A stretch of 64,000 nucleotides of DNA from Nemertoderma westbladi (taxonomy: Eukaryota; Animalia; Xenacoelomorpha): positions 1 through 64,000 of the forward strand of contig JAUCBJ010002523.1 in NCBI GenBank assembly GCA_032718475.1, written 5' to 3'. Position numbers and translations under genes: made by a program. Each line of letters begins with the position of its first letter. Position 1 is the first letter of the stretch. The notes beneath the pieces were generated by a model. The model was not told the DNA's origin. It saw only the letters and a list, made by a program, of their open reading frames with translations, and ran no database searches. This document shows positions 14,914 through 27,639 of this stretch, piece after piece.

Positions 14914-15770
14914 ATGCCACTTGACTAGCCTGAGGACCAACCCTGTGAAGGAATTGCGAGGAGCGAGCGCTACGCAATAGGGTCTACTGACTATCGACTA
15001 GATGGATTGTACTACAGTTTATCGCTGCAGTTCCTCACTTACCCGACGGACAGACACCGACACGACGGAGTGTAGCCGTCGGTGTATGTGTATTATTATG
15101 TTATTTACATAATCGACCCCCGCATATGGTGGGCTGGGCAGTTTTCATTTTGGGCACGAATGCTTTAAAAGGACGAGCCAGAGCGCATCTCTTAAATGTT
15201 AGCTAATTTTTTTTCGTTATGCCCCCACGCGGGGAAATTGGTATCATTTTTATGAAGTAAACGTCCGCGCTTTATCATCTTCACATGTTAAATCTTCAAT
15301 TTATATTGTTTGTATATTTAATGGGTAGTTTGATTTCCCAACGATTATTATAAAACACATTGATTCTGAATAGATTTAAATCATAAGATTCAACTTAAAT
15401 AACTGCAACACAAACGATAGCACAGCAGTAGTAACTAATAACAACAAATATCACCAATAAGTTATAGAATGAATGAACACGAGATTATATTTCTTGAATA
15501 ATATCGATAATTATTTATACACACATACACATAGTGTTATAACGATTGGTCATGGCTCTTACGTTTGCACTTTTAAGGAAACAAGCATACTGAATTATTC
15601 TATAGTGTGGTCGTATATATATCATAACATTATTCATGTGGTAAGACAACGCAGAATAGTTTCAGCGATTTTTTAGATTTACAGGGGGAATAACAATACA
15701 AGTTCGATCTTTGTGGATTTAAAGATATTCACTTTTAGAAGGCGACCCACAATACTAAAGCTATTGGATA

Positions 15771-16424
15771 TCAGTAGAAGTCAATAGTAATTGTTACTAC
15801 CAACAGAATATAAACAACAGCTCCAGTGAGGTGATTCGCCAAACTAGCTGTCGTGAATATTTCAGCGGTTGTCGATGGTTCTCTCTCGGTTGTTTCTGGT
15901 TCGGTTGTTACCGGATCAAACACGGGATCATTCCAATCCACGGTTCCATTGGGGAACAGATAGTCGTGTTCCCACACAAGGTCTACTACTTTGTTGCAGA
16001 CTTCTGTTCCGTTGCAGCAGATTTTCATGCAACTCGGATGTCTCAGCTCGATGGTGTATGCTGAACTAACTGTCTCGAACCCGTCTCCAACCTTCTTTCT
16101 GCATTCCTCTTCATCGTCATCCTTGCAGCCATCACGCATGCAGTGTTCTGACCTTATATACAACAAACCTTTGAAAACTTCGCTATTTCCAGAGAATATA
16201 CCTGGCAATTGATCATAATGCAGAATGCATGTTGAGCAATCCGTTTCATTGTAACCTGGATTTTCTTCTTGCCAGCCGCCGCTATCCGGGAACACTTCCG
16301 GCAGAGCTGTCTTATAAGTCACCATGGTGTGTCGGGTCATACATGATACAGCCGACACATCCATAACTATCTCTGTAACTATATAAATAGCTACAAATAA
16401 CATTTTCACATATTCGATATCCAT
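15771..16424 (-). CDS. Intronless putative Ly6/uPAR (three-finger)-like cell-surface protein, probably GPI-anchored
   Basis: 217-aa ATG-initiated ORF with a hydrophobic N-terminal signal-like segment and 10 Cys ending in CCNGTEVCN (LU-domain CCxxxxxCN signature). It also has N-glycosylation sequons, a Thr/Pro/Glu-rich stalk and a hydrophobic C-terminus. Confidence 0.75.
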   Translation of the reverse strand: MDIEYVKMLFVAIYIVTEIVMDVSAVSCMTRHTMVTYKTALPEVFPDSGGWQEENPGYNETDCSTCILHYDQLPGIFSGNSEVFKGLLYIRSEHCMRDGCKDDDEEECRKKVGDGFETVSSAYTIELRHPSCMKICCNGTEVCNKVVDLVWEHDYLFPNGTVDWNDPVFDPVTTEPETTEREPSTTAEIFTTASLANHLTGAVVYILLVVTITIDFY

Positions 16425-18595
16425 AACTTTAGATCCTGCGATTTGTGTTCGATATTCAGTATACCGTTTCCAAGATTATTTATACCGCTAGCTACTGTAT
16501 TATTTTTTTTTAGAATTATAATTATTAATAATACATAATTGTTAACTATTTATTAGTTAAGTTTTGAATGATAGCCAATATTGCTAAAGAATCTTACCAA
16601 AGAGAGGCCCTGTCACGTAAATACGAAATAAATATATCATTCCTGTCGAGTGTCACACAACACGTAATTAGAGTATAGAAAATTAGTATAAAAAGCAGTA
16701 TAGAAAATTAATACATTAAATTCTGTAATTTTAGATATTGGTTAAGTTTTTAGATTATAAAATTCTAAAATGCAAAAAGTAATAACGAAATTAAACAAAA
16801 TAATTCCTAACACTCGTTTAATATAACGGAAATTAAAACATTTAAATTAAATGTTTAAATGTTCCGTTTGGTTTATTATTTTCAACGCACAACATAGTAC
16901 CGCAGGCGAAGCGTTGTTTCTCAGCACCTGGGAGTATAACGCGAACTTTTAGCCCCCCACTCCCCCCCGTTTGTTAAATTTTTCAAAAAAAAATATATAA
17001 AAAAATCAATATGTTTGCCTCCTACTCAAAGCAGCTGCCTTTTCTCAGACAGAGTGCCCTTTTTTTGACCAAATGATTATTATTATATTTTGTTCATTAT
17101 TAATATCTTCGCATTTTTGAGTAAACTCGCCTCATTTATGTTTAAGGAGTGACTGGAGTGTCGATATGGAGTGTCTATTTACCTCATCCCAGAAGATCCA
17201 ACATCTTCAAGACTTTTTTGTAGGACCAAAAAACTATTTTTCAAAATCTTGGCTCAAATACACTCCCTCAAGATCCTAATTTTCGAAATGCAATAATCAC
17301 TACATAATTATTCCCTTTCCCCTTCCTTACCACAATATCCCATTGCCATCTATAACCAATATCATGGCCTATTTCCATCCAGTTTCCTTTCCACCCCTTC
17401 ATTCACCTACCAACTACACTATTGCTAGTGCCCTATACAACCACTCCCTTCTTTCTCATTGGAGCCCCTCACTATGCAAACATTACCTTCTTCGTTATTG
17501 TACCAAACCCAGCCAGTCATTGACAAGGGAATATTTTGTAATTAATGAAACTCTATGGATCTATGGATTATCATTGGCAGTAACCGGTTATTGGTCAGTT
17601 CAAAACAAACCAATATTAATCATATTTTACATGTGTTCAACGTCATAAGAATCATCACTGCATAAGAAAGACAGGTTATGATTATGTGATAATTAAGGGT
17701 CAACTTCATATTGACCCCGGATACTGGGTTTAAAAAGGGCCACATTTCGATGGAAAAATCAGTCAGTAACTACAGGCCTTAGTAGATGGTAGCCTCGGCA
17801 GCTAATCTTGGCTCTGCTCTTTGGTATCGGACCTACTTTGATCCATTACTGCATTTGCCTTTTCAGGAGTTCACTGGTGTTTGGGCTTGTAGGTAAGGCT
17901 CCCGCTGATGATTTAGCTTTGGCTGACAAGCCCTGGAGCGCTCATGCACTCTGTCCGCTGGCTAGTCCCTTCGTCCCAGGATCAATGGTTTAGTTTTGAG
18001 ACAGAGTAGCAGCAATCCTCTTGGGTTTGACTCTGTCAGATTATGGTAGTGCTTATGCACTCCGTTCATCGATGTTAATCCTCTAAGTCGTAACACAAAG
18101 AAGTAGCCAACCGCCTGTATCAAATCGGTCCCACTGCCGTTTGGACCCAGATGGTAGTTAACCTTGTGTTTGTACTATTGCCACATTTCCAATAGCGTGA
18201 ACCTGCACCAAGTTTATTACGACTTTTCATAGACCCTTTTCACGACAATTTTTCGATAGACTTTGTATATTTTGTGTATTTTAGTATATTGAAACAACTA
18301 TAATGTATTTTCTATACATTTTGTTTACATATATTTTGGATTGTAGTATTTTTCGAGGCTATACTTTGGATCCTAACAGACCCAAAGCACCCCTCTCCCA
18401 GTTACTCCTTTTCCCTCTTCCCAGAGGGTTTTCAATGGTGTTACATTGCGTACACTAATTTTATACCAGAAGGAAACAATATAACACCTGGAAAGAACAG
18501 AAATCACTGTGTTTTTGCACTATCTAGAAAGATAAACAGGTAAATAACAAGTCATTGAAGAACCGTGTATTGCGAGCTATTTTAGTCTTGATACC

Positions 18596-18949
18596 AAGAA
18601 ACCAAAACAGTAAAAAAGTGGAGGAGCACTTTTTGGAACCTTTTTGAGATAGAAAGCCGTTTTAGGAGCTTGTCATGCCAGAGGCACGAGAAATCCATTA
18701 CATGGTACAACACTGAGTGGACGTGGATAATCGTAACGAATCGAGTCTACAATGATGAGTTGCAGTACAGCATCCTACGAACTATCAACGAGCATAGCGA
18801 GTACAAACTCTAACACGAATGAACATGAGTGACACAGTCAACCCGACAGAAACTGAAACAATCCTTTTGGGCACATTAAAAGCGGTTCATTCTCGTGGCA
18901 TATACATATGATCCACTTTTAAATGAAATTGGACTTATTTTTGATATAA
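18596..18949. repeat. ~355-bp local direct duplication, copy 1 (copy 2 at 21362-21715)
   Basis: aagaaaccaaaacagtaaaaaagtggagg...ggacttatttttgatataa is near-identical at both sites. Confidence 0.9.
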
Positions 18950-19069
18950 AAAAATATATAAAACCAAACCGGTATTCTTTATAAAGAATAAAATATAAAA
19001 ATAATACGTCTAAGTGCAACAAAACATTGTCAAAATTGTTTTTTAACATATTACAAAAGATAAAAAAAG

Positions 19070-19560
19070 AATTTTTTTTATTAATTGTGACGATTTGGCG
19101 GTTTCAATATGAACTTAAACTTTCGAAACTTTAGAAATTGCAAAAAAAACTCGTGGGTGAACAACAATTAAAGAAAAATAGTTCTTTCAACATTTTCCAA
19201 AAGATAAAAATCGAATTCTTAAATTAAAAGTGATGATTTGGTGGTTCAATAGGCAGGTAAGTTTTTGAAGTTTTATATGAAAAATTGAAACAACTTTAAT
19301 GGGTGCGCTCAAAAGCTTGCAAAATTTGTATATTTTGAAAAAAATAAACAATCTTTTTAATTAAAAGTGACGATCAGGCGGCTTCGATATGTAATTAAAC
19401 TTTGAAATTTTAGTCTATAAAATTCAAAAAATCTCATAAAATAAATGATTTACAAAGAAGTTTAATTAAATTATACGCACAATACTACAAACAAATAGAA
19501 ATGAAAATAACAATATTTTTAATTAAGTGACCATTGGGCGGTTTTGATAGTAGGCCAATG
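19070..19560. repeat. Degenerate AT-rich tandem repeat, ~140-160-bp period, 4 units
   Basis: A motif like ttaa(a)agtgacgatttggcggtttc recurs near 19081, 19224, 19361 and 19523. Confidence 0.55.
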
Positions 19561-20249
19561 TAATTATGAAATGTTTATAGGTTTGAATTCCCCGCCTTTG
19601 AGAATATTGATTATAAGGATGGCAAGTTGATGGGTCCATCGCCAAAAGTTGTGTTTTTTGGGATAAATCACCAATTTCATGGAAAGTTAAATGTATAATG
19701 TTTGTAAACTTTGAAAAAAGGAAGAAAATTATATATTCTTATCTAAGAAAATGAAGTAACGTCGAAACAAAGTAACTGTCAAAGCCACCGCAATTAAATC
19801 ACTTATAATGAAAATATCTAAACAAATTAATTATTCAAGCAAACTTTCTGCGAGAAATAGGTTTAACATTGTCTACTATTTTAGACATAAACTGCACTTA
19901 TAAAACATAAGAATTGGGAGCCACATCAATTCGAGCCACAAATCAATCACATGTTTCAAACTGTTGTAACTTTGTAAATACCTCACATTCTTAAAAAAAA
20001 TTAAAAAAAAATTTTTTTTTTAATTGTAGAAAAATTCTTCAATTTAATCTACAGAGAAAAACGACTGCAAGGCAGCCACAATTGACCACGCAAAACATAA
20101 CAGATAAAGTAATAATCCAAATGTCCAAAATTAGGTTATTTTACATGACCATGATCTTTATGCTCGAAGCAATTAAGAATTACAGTAAGAATTATTGATT
20201 GATATTTTTATTATTTATTGATATTGGGCTTTCTAGGATTTTGAAGTCA

Positions 20250-20392
20250 CACATAATACGTCCAATGACGACCAGTCAGTGCACAATCTTTCCTTTGGCA
20301 GCCCCATGGAGAAAATAAGTAATGTGGACACCCCATGACTTTCTTGAGACGCATCGTAAAGGACACTGGCCTTGAAGATGCGGATAATCTCG
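20250..20392 (+). mobile_element. RTE-clade LINE 3' fragment
   Basis: PMTFLRRIVKDTGLEDADNL closely matches PMTFLRHILKDTGLKDADDL of the fragment at 24531-24915. Confidence 0.65.
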
Positions 20393-20597
20393 TGAAAGGT
20401 TTGTTTAATAATTTTACAAAGGTTACCGTACTGCACTTCTATGGCAAACATTTAGTATCAATATTCAACAATTTAATACGAGTGTTAATATTGATCTTTT
20501 TAAATGATTTTTGCCATGCTGAATTATACCAATTATATGTACCATGTACATTATATTGGTTGCTTCTCATGTTTTTTATTAGACTAACTGAGAATGA

Positions 20598-21265
20598 ACT
20601 ACTACTAGGTCGAGCGAGTTCAGACAGTGGAAATCAGATCCTTCCAGGCTTCCCGATTCTCCATAGTTGTTGCAATTTCGTTTCTCTCAAGTTCAGAATC
20701 CTTTTCAAGCAGGTCTATATATATATTATAGCCGCTATATTATATATATATTATATTATATATATTATATTATATTACATATAGTATATTATATATTATA
20801 TATATATTATACTATATTGTATATATATTATTTCCACGACTACGCTTTCAATGTGTTAGTTGCCAGAAAAGTAGATCTGATATGACCTCGTCTTTACTTC
20901 TTCAGCAGCAACCACTGAATCTTAATCTGTGTCCACGGACGGTGGTTGATACACGTGTTATTGTACCATAATGCTCGGCATTTGACATGTATGTATAGTC
21001 TCCAGCCTATGTTTAAGGTTGCCATTAGTAATCCTGTGTAGCAAACGTTAATTATTTGCGCAAGTGATTTCATCAGTGTCCACGTCTCATTCCCGTATAA
21101 AAGTACACTTTCCACTGTGGCTCGAATGAACTTAGTCTTTAGGTGCCTGGAGTGATCTGATTTCCAGATGGTATCCATTTTTGATTGAGCTACCCATGCC
21201 TTTGCTTTCCTAACTTCTGGCTTTTTTGGTACTCTCTATCCATGACCCAAGGTACTGGGAGTCGT
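20598..21265 (-). mobile_element. RTE-clade LINE 3' fragment with an internal AT-microsatellite expansion
   Basis: IWKSDHSRHLKTKFIRATVESVLLYGNETWTL is a typical RTE post-RT region. The 3' end matches 46083-46500, including a (TAG)n tail. Confidence 0.85.
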
Positions 21266-21361
21266 CTGAGTGAGTCTGATCTCTGCAATCACGATTCTGT
21301 GGTCCGAACCAATTATGTACGAACTGTGAATGTATTTTGGTAGAATTAATTAGTGTTCTTT

Positions 21362-21715
21362 AAGAAACCAAAACAGTAAAAAAGTGGAGGAGCACTTTTT
21401 GGAACCTTTTTGAGATAGAAAGCCGTTTTAGGAGCTTGTCATGCCAGAGGCACGAGAAATCCATTACATGGTACAACACTGAGTGGACGTGGATAATCGT
21501 AACGAATCGAGTCTACAATGATGAGTTGCAGTACAGCATCCTACGAACTATCAACGAGCATAGCGAGTACAAACTCTAACACGAATGAACATGAGTGACA
21601 CAGTCAACCCGACAGAAACTGAAACAATCCTTTTGGGCACATTAAAAGCGGTTCATTCTCGTGGCATATAAATGTGATCCACTTTTCAATGAAATGGGAC
21701 TTATTTTTGATATAA
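21362..21715. repeat. ~355-bp local direct duplication, copy 2
   Basis: Matches 18596-18949. Confidence 0.9.
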
Positions 21716-21734
21716 TGGGTTTAACCCTATTAAA

Positions 21735-22230
21735 CCCGGTGTAGGAGGCAATCAGATCAGTATATGATTGTTTGACAACATTTGTGTCTAATGTTGATGG
21801 TGACACAGAACCATTTGAAATATTATGGGGAGTCCTCCAAGGAGACACACTTGCACCATTCTTGTTCATTATTGAGGTTGACTATGTTCTACGCATGTCC
21901 TTAGATCATCATAATGATGATGGGGTGATGGTAACTCCACCTACTGGCTCCAGAAGTCGAGGAAATCCTGCCAAGTACTTAACTGATCTAACTGATCCTT
22001 GCTAATGACTTCTGGTCATTAGGAGGAGTACTCTCAGAATAGAAGAGGGGGCCCTACGGCTCCTCAGCTGATTAGAACATGCTGCTTCTAGTGTTGGTCT
22101 TTTTATTGACTCCAAAATAACAAAATTTTGACAGTTAACTTTGAAAGTCCTCAGCAAGTCTCTGACCGGATGAGTATAATCTCAAAGGATGGTATGCTAG
22201 AGCATGTGGACGACTTCTGTTACCTGGGAT
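21735..22230 (+). mobile_element. RTE-clade LINE reverse transcriptase fragment (pseudogenic)
   Basis: DGDTEPFEILWGVLQGDTLAPFLFII..DYVLR and LEHVDDFCYLG motifs, with frameshifts. Confidence 0.85.
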
Positions 22231-22816
22231 TGTTAGCGCATTTGACAAAAAATAAGTTTTTAACCTCTATTTCATATATTTTGACTCTTTCCGATTGTTT
22301 TGTAGAGCACATAAGAATGCGAGTAAAACACCCAGTCTGAAATACTGAAACGGTAATCGCGCTAGTGTACCTTCAACGGAAGGCCGTTCTAGTGTATCAC
22401 TTTTATTTCCTCTTCCCACAATTGTATTGATTTGCTCAATGTTTCGCTCAGTCTATAACGGTAATTGATCATCTATTATATTTCACTAATATACAGTACC
22501 GAGAGGGTGTGGCGGCACAATACAATAAGTAAATGTCTGAGTAATTATTTACGTAAGGGCTCAAGTCTGGCGATTGTGATTCCCTTTATTGTAAACGTGT
22601 TGCAACTATTCCGTATTTGTGATATTATTATAATACGTTTATAATATTATTGCTACGGTATTCAATTTATGACAACTCTCAATCATGGTATGATTAATAT
22701 TAAGAGCTTCGGTTGTCTTATAGGTCTGAAACATCACCATAGATTAATTATTTATTGAGTTAGAAGCAAGACAATACACATAAATCTGACACAATTGTCC
22801 AGGGTATCAATAATGC

Positions 22817-23240
22817 TTAGCTATAGAGACCTACCTGGGTTTGGTGTCTAGAAAATGTCTTTGATCTCGGGGTATCAGTGATATGTTTTCCGTCATGCAT
22901 CAGGGGAAGAGGCTGATGCTCACATGTGTTGAATGCTGATGACCCGTAATAATCGAGGATCCATGATGCTAACTTATCAGTATCTGAGGTATTGAAAGGT
23001 TGTGCATTTGGTAGAGGGGGTGGCTTGGATCTCATCAGACAACCACACTCTGCTAACTGATTGTTGGTTGCATTTATGTCATGTGCCTTAGCATTTCCTT
23101 GTATTGTGGCTAATGACGTTGTTGTTGAGGAACATTTTGGAAAGTTTGGGGATGTAATACCTAAATCAATGTAGACTACTCGGCTTAAATAAATACCTTT
23201 GCATTCCTTTGTGAAATAGCAGAGTTGATTTGTGGAAACA
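22817..23240 (-). mobile_element. Probable Ty3/gypsy pol fragment (protease-RT linker)
   Basis: CGCLMRSKPPPLP..LASWILDYYGSSAFNTCEHQPLPLM resembles the segment preceding RT in invertebrate gypsy-type pol. This is recognition from memory only. Confidence 0.5.
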
Positions 23241-23259
23241 TAAGGCTTTCCCCGCAAAG

Positions 23260-23915
23260 CCGGTGAAATTTTCAGATATTTTCAGTGGAGAAACAACAAA
23301 CCAATAGTACAGCGGAGCATACAGAAACTCATTATCGCCAAAAAATGTATTGTGAGATACGTACAAAAGGAAAGTTTCCCTGACAAATGGGAACAGCTCA
23401 GTGCGGGCAAGACCTTGAAACCAGACAGCCCGGTCTACCAGTTGAGACCTATGATGGGAGAGGACAGACAAATCCGCCTTAATACACGGATGGTGAACGC
23501 CTCGGTTGAGTATGAAATTAAGTATCCGGCACTCCTGCCAGGAACATCTACACTAGCTAAGCTGCTAGTTCAACAATGCCATGAGGAAAACCATCATGCG
23601 GGACAAAATTGGTTTATTGCCAATATACGACAACGGTACTTGATCACCCATAGCCAGCCGCTAATTCGGAGAGTGCTAAAATGGTGTTTCCTATGTAGGA
23701 AATACCTATCTCCGCTGCTCACCCAGAAAATGGCCGATTTACCGGCCATGCGACTCCAGCCGGACTCACCGCCGTTTTACGTATCTGGCGTGGACTGTTT
23801 TGGACCATTCACCGTCATAGAACGACGCTCGAACATTAAATGCTGGGGAATTATCTTCACCTGTCTACGATCAAGGGCGATATACCTGGATCTCGCGGTA
23901 AATCTCACTCAGTAC
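23260..23915 (+). mobile_element. BEL/Pao integrase fragment
   Basis: Zinc-binding H..H..C..C (HEENHHAG...CFLC), QKMADLP, GVDCFGPF and WGIIFTCLRSRAIYLDL. It is truncated after this point. Confidence 0.9.
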
Positions 23916-24530
23916 TTCCAATACGGAAGCGTTTGGAGATGGAGAATGGTTCCAGGCGGCTTGAGCCACCGAGATAGAAAGGAGAACGGATCTCATCGCA
24001 ATACCTCCCCGAGGAAGGGCAGCCAGGAGGCAGGCGGCGGCGCTTCTCGCGTGAGCCAATGACGATCCTCTACCCGCATTGGCGTTAGACGAAAGTCGAT
24101 GGGCGAAGAAAAGGAAAGCATATCAAAGTAGGATATGAAAGACCAGGACATTGATAGACATTTATTCGAACATTTTATTTTATATATATGTACGTAAACT
24201 GACTTTAAGACAAATTAATCAAAAATTGGTTTGTATGGGGAAATAATGACCTTACACAAACTCAATCTACCGATAGACCTCACGAAGGTCATTTGGGGGG
24301 ACTGTTCGCGTTATTTTAAGTTATCATAATGCGAGTTACATATTTTTCGATTTCTTATTTTATGAATGTGCCAATATCGATGGGGGGCATGGGAACAAAA
24401 AATTTGGGCACATTTAATAAACTGGGGGCAATTTACGGGCAAAACTTGGGGGGACTTATGGGACGCGGGATACATTTCAGATATTTAAGGGCTACTACTA
24501 GGATCGGCATGCTGCATTGCAGCTGCATTT

Positions 24531-24915
24531 TTAAGAATGCTGTGCCGGCTTGTCAACAAAATTGCACCGCCACAACTCCCTATCACCCATGACATTTGCT
24601 AGATCATCCGCATCTTTAAGGCCAGTGTCCTTTAAGATGTGTCTCAAGAAAGTCATGGGCTGTCCACCATGCTTATTCACTCCATGAGGCTGCCAAAGTA
24701 CAAGATTATGCACTGGCTTGTCCTCACGGCGAAAGCAATGTCCTGCAAAGCGGAGGCGATTTTGTTCTAGTGTCAAGCTTGGGGGAACCAATGAGACACC
24801 TCCAATGTTACATAGTGTCTGGTTGGAGATGTGTGCATTGTACTTGACACAATAAACCCGGCGTAGCATTCTTGTGAATGTGCCATCCAGACATTTGGTG
24901 TCCTCAGCAGTTAGA
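24531..24915 (-). mobile_element. RTE-clade LINE 3' fragment
   Basis: RMLRRVYCVKYNAHISNQTL...RLRFAGHCFRREDKPVHNLVLWQP. Confidence 0.85.
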
Positions 24916-25059
24916 GCCCAGCATGGACTCCCGTTTAATGGGCGTATTTAAGGGCCATGGGTGGGGGGTAAAATCAAGCAATACTCTCGGCTGTCAGGGT
25001 TGCCTGATAGTTACTATAGGCCTAGACAACCTCTTTCTACTTCGGTAGTCGGTAACCCG

Positions 25060-25452
25060 CTAGGTCTGGGGACAAGGACTGCCCTTAGCGGTCCCTGGCC
25101 ATCGGTGGCAACTGAGCCTGAAAAGGACTTGGGTGTTGCTCGATGTGCTAGGGATTTGCAACGGGACCGACAGATCCTAAGCGGTTCCCGGTGCGTTGGC
25201 TACGACTGAGCCTGAAAAGGACTCGGGCAGAGTTTTCGCATTGGGGACTTGCAAAGGATCGACTGACATGTCTGGAACGGTTCCTGGTTGTTGGCGACGA
25301 CTGAGCCTGAAAAGGACTCGGGCGCCGTTTGATAAACTGGGGATTTGTGAAGGGCCGATGACCGGACGGAAAGGAATGGTTCAACGAGGACTGACTTCCT
25401 GGCGTGGGCTCCACGACTGGCATTAGTACGAGCCTGAAAAGGACTCGGAAAG
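25060..25452. repeat. Diverged ~95-bp tandem units with a conserved GAAA-loop hairpin
   Basis: gagcctgaaaaggact(c/t)gg at 25114, 25208, 25303 and 25430. Intervening sequence is only partly conserved. Confidence 0.8.
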
Positions 25453-25634
25453 CTCCGACAGTGACACTACTGTAGCGGGACTAGGACCGAGGGAAAATGA
25501 GGAACATTAGTTAGGTCAAAATCTGAAAGTTAAGCGAACAGTGGGGTAATTAAATTATTTACTGTAGGAATTTCATATTGTGTATTATTGTGAATATTTG
25601 GTATATTGGTGTATGGAAGCCCAAATTATTCTCA

Positions 25635-25710
25635 ATCAGAGTATTTCAGAGTGTAATCAGAGTATTTCAGAGTGTAACAGAGTGTAACAGAGTGCAATAT
25701 TTCAGAGTGT
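25635..25710. repeat. Short cagagtgtaa/cagagtattt minisatellite
   Basis: About 7 copies of a ~10-bp unit. Confidence 0.7.
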
Positions 25711-25967
25711 CGATCAAATAAAGATTAATACCCAACCAACAAAACTCTTTTTCTACTCTGCATTTAAGACAACGTTCTTCTCCACTCCCAATATCCGGTG
25801 ACTGGCCGGGACATAGCGGTCTGAAAGTTCCGCCTCCAGCATCGGCGTTTTCCCCCTGGTGTTGGGAATAAGGGCAACAGATTATATAGGATCAATATAA
25901 ATAAATGCAGTTTGTCTATTAGTTATTAACATTAAATATTAATGAGGTCTAATGTGTATAATTAAAT

Positions 25968-26095
25968 GGTGATAACAAGTTTTAATTGAGGTTAGAAAAA
26001 GTTAGTTAAAAAGTGGTGATAAAAAGTTTTAATTGAGGTTAGAAAAAGTTAGTTAAAAAGTTAAAAAGTGGTGATGTAAAGTTTTAATTAAGGTT
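25968..26095. repeat. ~46-bp tandem repeat (2-3 copies)
   Basis: ggtgataa..aagttttaattgaggttagaaaaagttagttaaaaagt is repeated. Confidence 0.7.
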
Positions 26096-26265
26096 AACCC
26101 CCCTAAACCCCCCACAACTCTGACTATTGTTGCCTATAATACAATGTAATATTACTGCTACAGTACCATGATAATAATATCATGTCCTTACATAGTTTGT
26201 ATAAACGTAATGCTGGAAGCAATTAAGAATTACAGTCCAAAAGAATTATTGATTCATAAAGCCTG

Positions 26266-26453
26266 TCAGTAGGCTAGTAAACTGTAGATGCCTGGGTGTT
26301 GATATTGCAGTTGTATAGGAATGAGTTTCAGTAGGCTAGTAAACTGTAGATGCCTGGGGTGTTGATATTGCAGTTGTATAGGAATGAGTTTCAGTAGGCT
26401 AGTAAACTGTAGATGCCTGGGTGTTGATATTGCAGTTGTATATGAATGAGTTT
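26266..26453. repeat. 61-62-bp tandem repeat, 3 copies
   Basis: tcagtaggctagtaaactgtagatgcctgggtgttgatattgcagttgtataggaatgagtt x3. Confidence 0.95.
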
Positions 26454-26611
26454 TATGCGACATACATTCCCTTCCTTAGGTTCCATACAATACAATCTTA
26501 ACAGATTCAAATTAATCTGTCAATAAATATTTGCTAGTAAAAAAATTCGACTGTATTCAATTTATACCTCACTATAATACAAAGTATTCTCAAAGTTAAT
26601 ACTGGGTTTAA

Positions 26612-26895
26612 CCTTTTAGCTGCCAAGTTCCCATTTTGTTCCCTCAAATTTAGATGTAAGCCAGACCTACAAAATTTTATAGAATTTGACAAAAACACGT
26701 TTAGTGTATTAATTTATTATGTGTGTTATAATATATTATGTAACAAAGAAAAAAATCTGGCCGCTAGCATGTAAAGTTTATTTTTGGTAAAAAATGGATA
26801 CCATTTCTAAAGTAACACTTTATTAAAATAAGAACACCAATAATTGATGTAAATATGTTTGCTGCATAAAGCTAACATGTTATACTATATATTAT
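26612..26895 (+). mobile_element. Truncated left end of a piggyBac-like element
   Basis: TTAA|ccttttagctgccaagttcccattttgttccc..., near-identical to 48695-48975. Confidence 0.7.
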
Positions 26896-26934
26896 TGATG
26901 GATTATTTCACTATAAGGCAGCATTTGTAGTTTA

Positions 26935-27145
26935 ACGTAAAAACTTTCTAAAATCCGACGCATTTTGATTAAATTACAGTAATGTAATATGCCTATTCAT
27001 ATTGGTACACATAAATCCGTAGGTAATTCTATTGGCGCAGTGGTCAGATGGTTAAGGCGTTGGTTACATTACAGATAGGTTACGAGTTCGAATCCCAGTC
27101 GGGAATTTGCATTTGTGGGCAATTTATTTTCATTTGATCTAATTA
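26935..27145. repeat. 211-bp direct repeat, left copy (candidate long TSD of the LINE)
   Basis: Appears identical to 31897-32107 and abuts the (TA)n 3' tail of the LINE. Confidence 0.92.
27034..27105 (+). pseudogene. tRNA-derived sequence (SINE head or tRNA pseudogene), copy 1
   Basis: A box TGGTCAGATGG (27041) and B box GAGTTCGAATCC (27084). The acceptor stem does not pair. Confidence 0.65.
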
Positions 27146-27639
27146 TATATATATATATAATTTATTGACGACTTGGATTATATAAACAGTATCAATAATT
27201 AAATACTCATCACAAAATAAACCGAGGTTGTCCATATTTAAGCAATTAGAAAATAATCACGAAATCACAAAATATTCTATAAATGCGGTATACACATAGA
27301 AGGAAGAGCTTTTAATACGTTACATAAATGATACAATTATTCTAGATCGACAAAGGACGGAACGACTTATAAGAGGATAACTTTAATACCTTTAATACGG
27401 AACTAAAAACTATTCACCAATACGTTGTAATACTTTTTACTGAGAAAAACGGTAAATTCATAAAGGGAAACGTTTAGCAACCAAAAACACAACAATATAA
27501 GGTATAGATATAATTATTTATTTGCACAGATAAAAAAAAAATGAATATTCTACTTGACATAGAGATTCTGAAATGTAGTACCAGTTAATCGGCCAAATAA
27601 AACAGGAAATACGAACCGATACCAAAGATCTGGGTGGGC

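Noticed and set aside
17690-18170. Higher-GC island with a small hairpin and a 61-aa ORF
   Set aside because: No recognisable motif, termini or second copy in the window.
25060-25452. CRISPR-like appearance (palindromic repeat with spacers)
   Set aside because: Spacers are mutually homologous and too long, there are no cas genes, and the context is eukaryotic. The hairpin also lacks the CUGANGA/GAAA hammerhead arrangement.
27034-27105. Functional tRNA gene
   Set aside because: A and B boxes are present, but the acceptor and anticodon stems do not pair convincingly.
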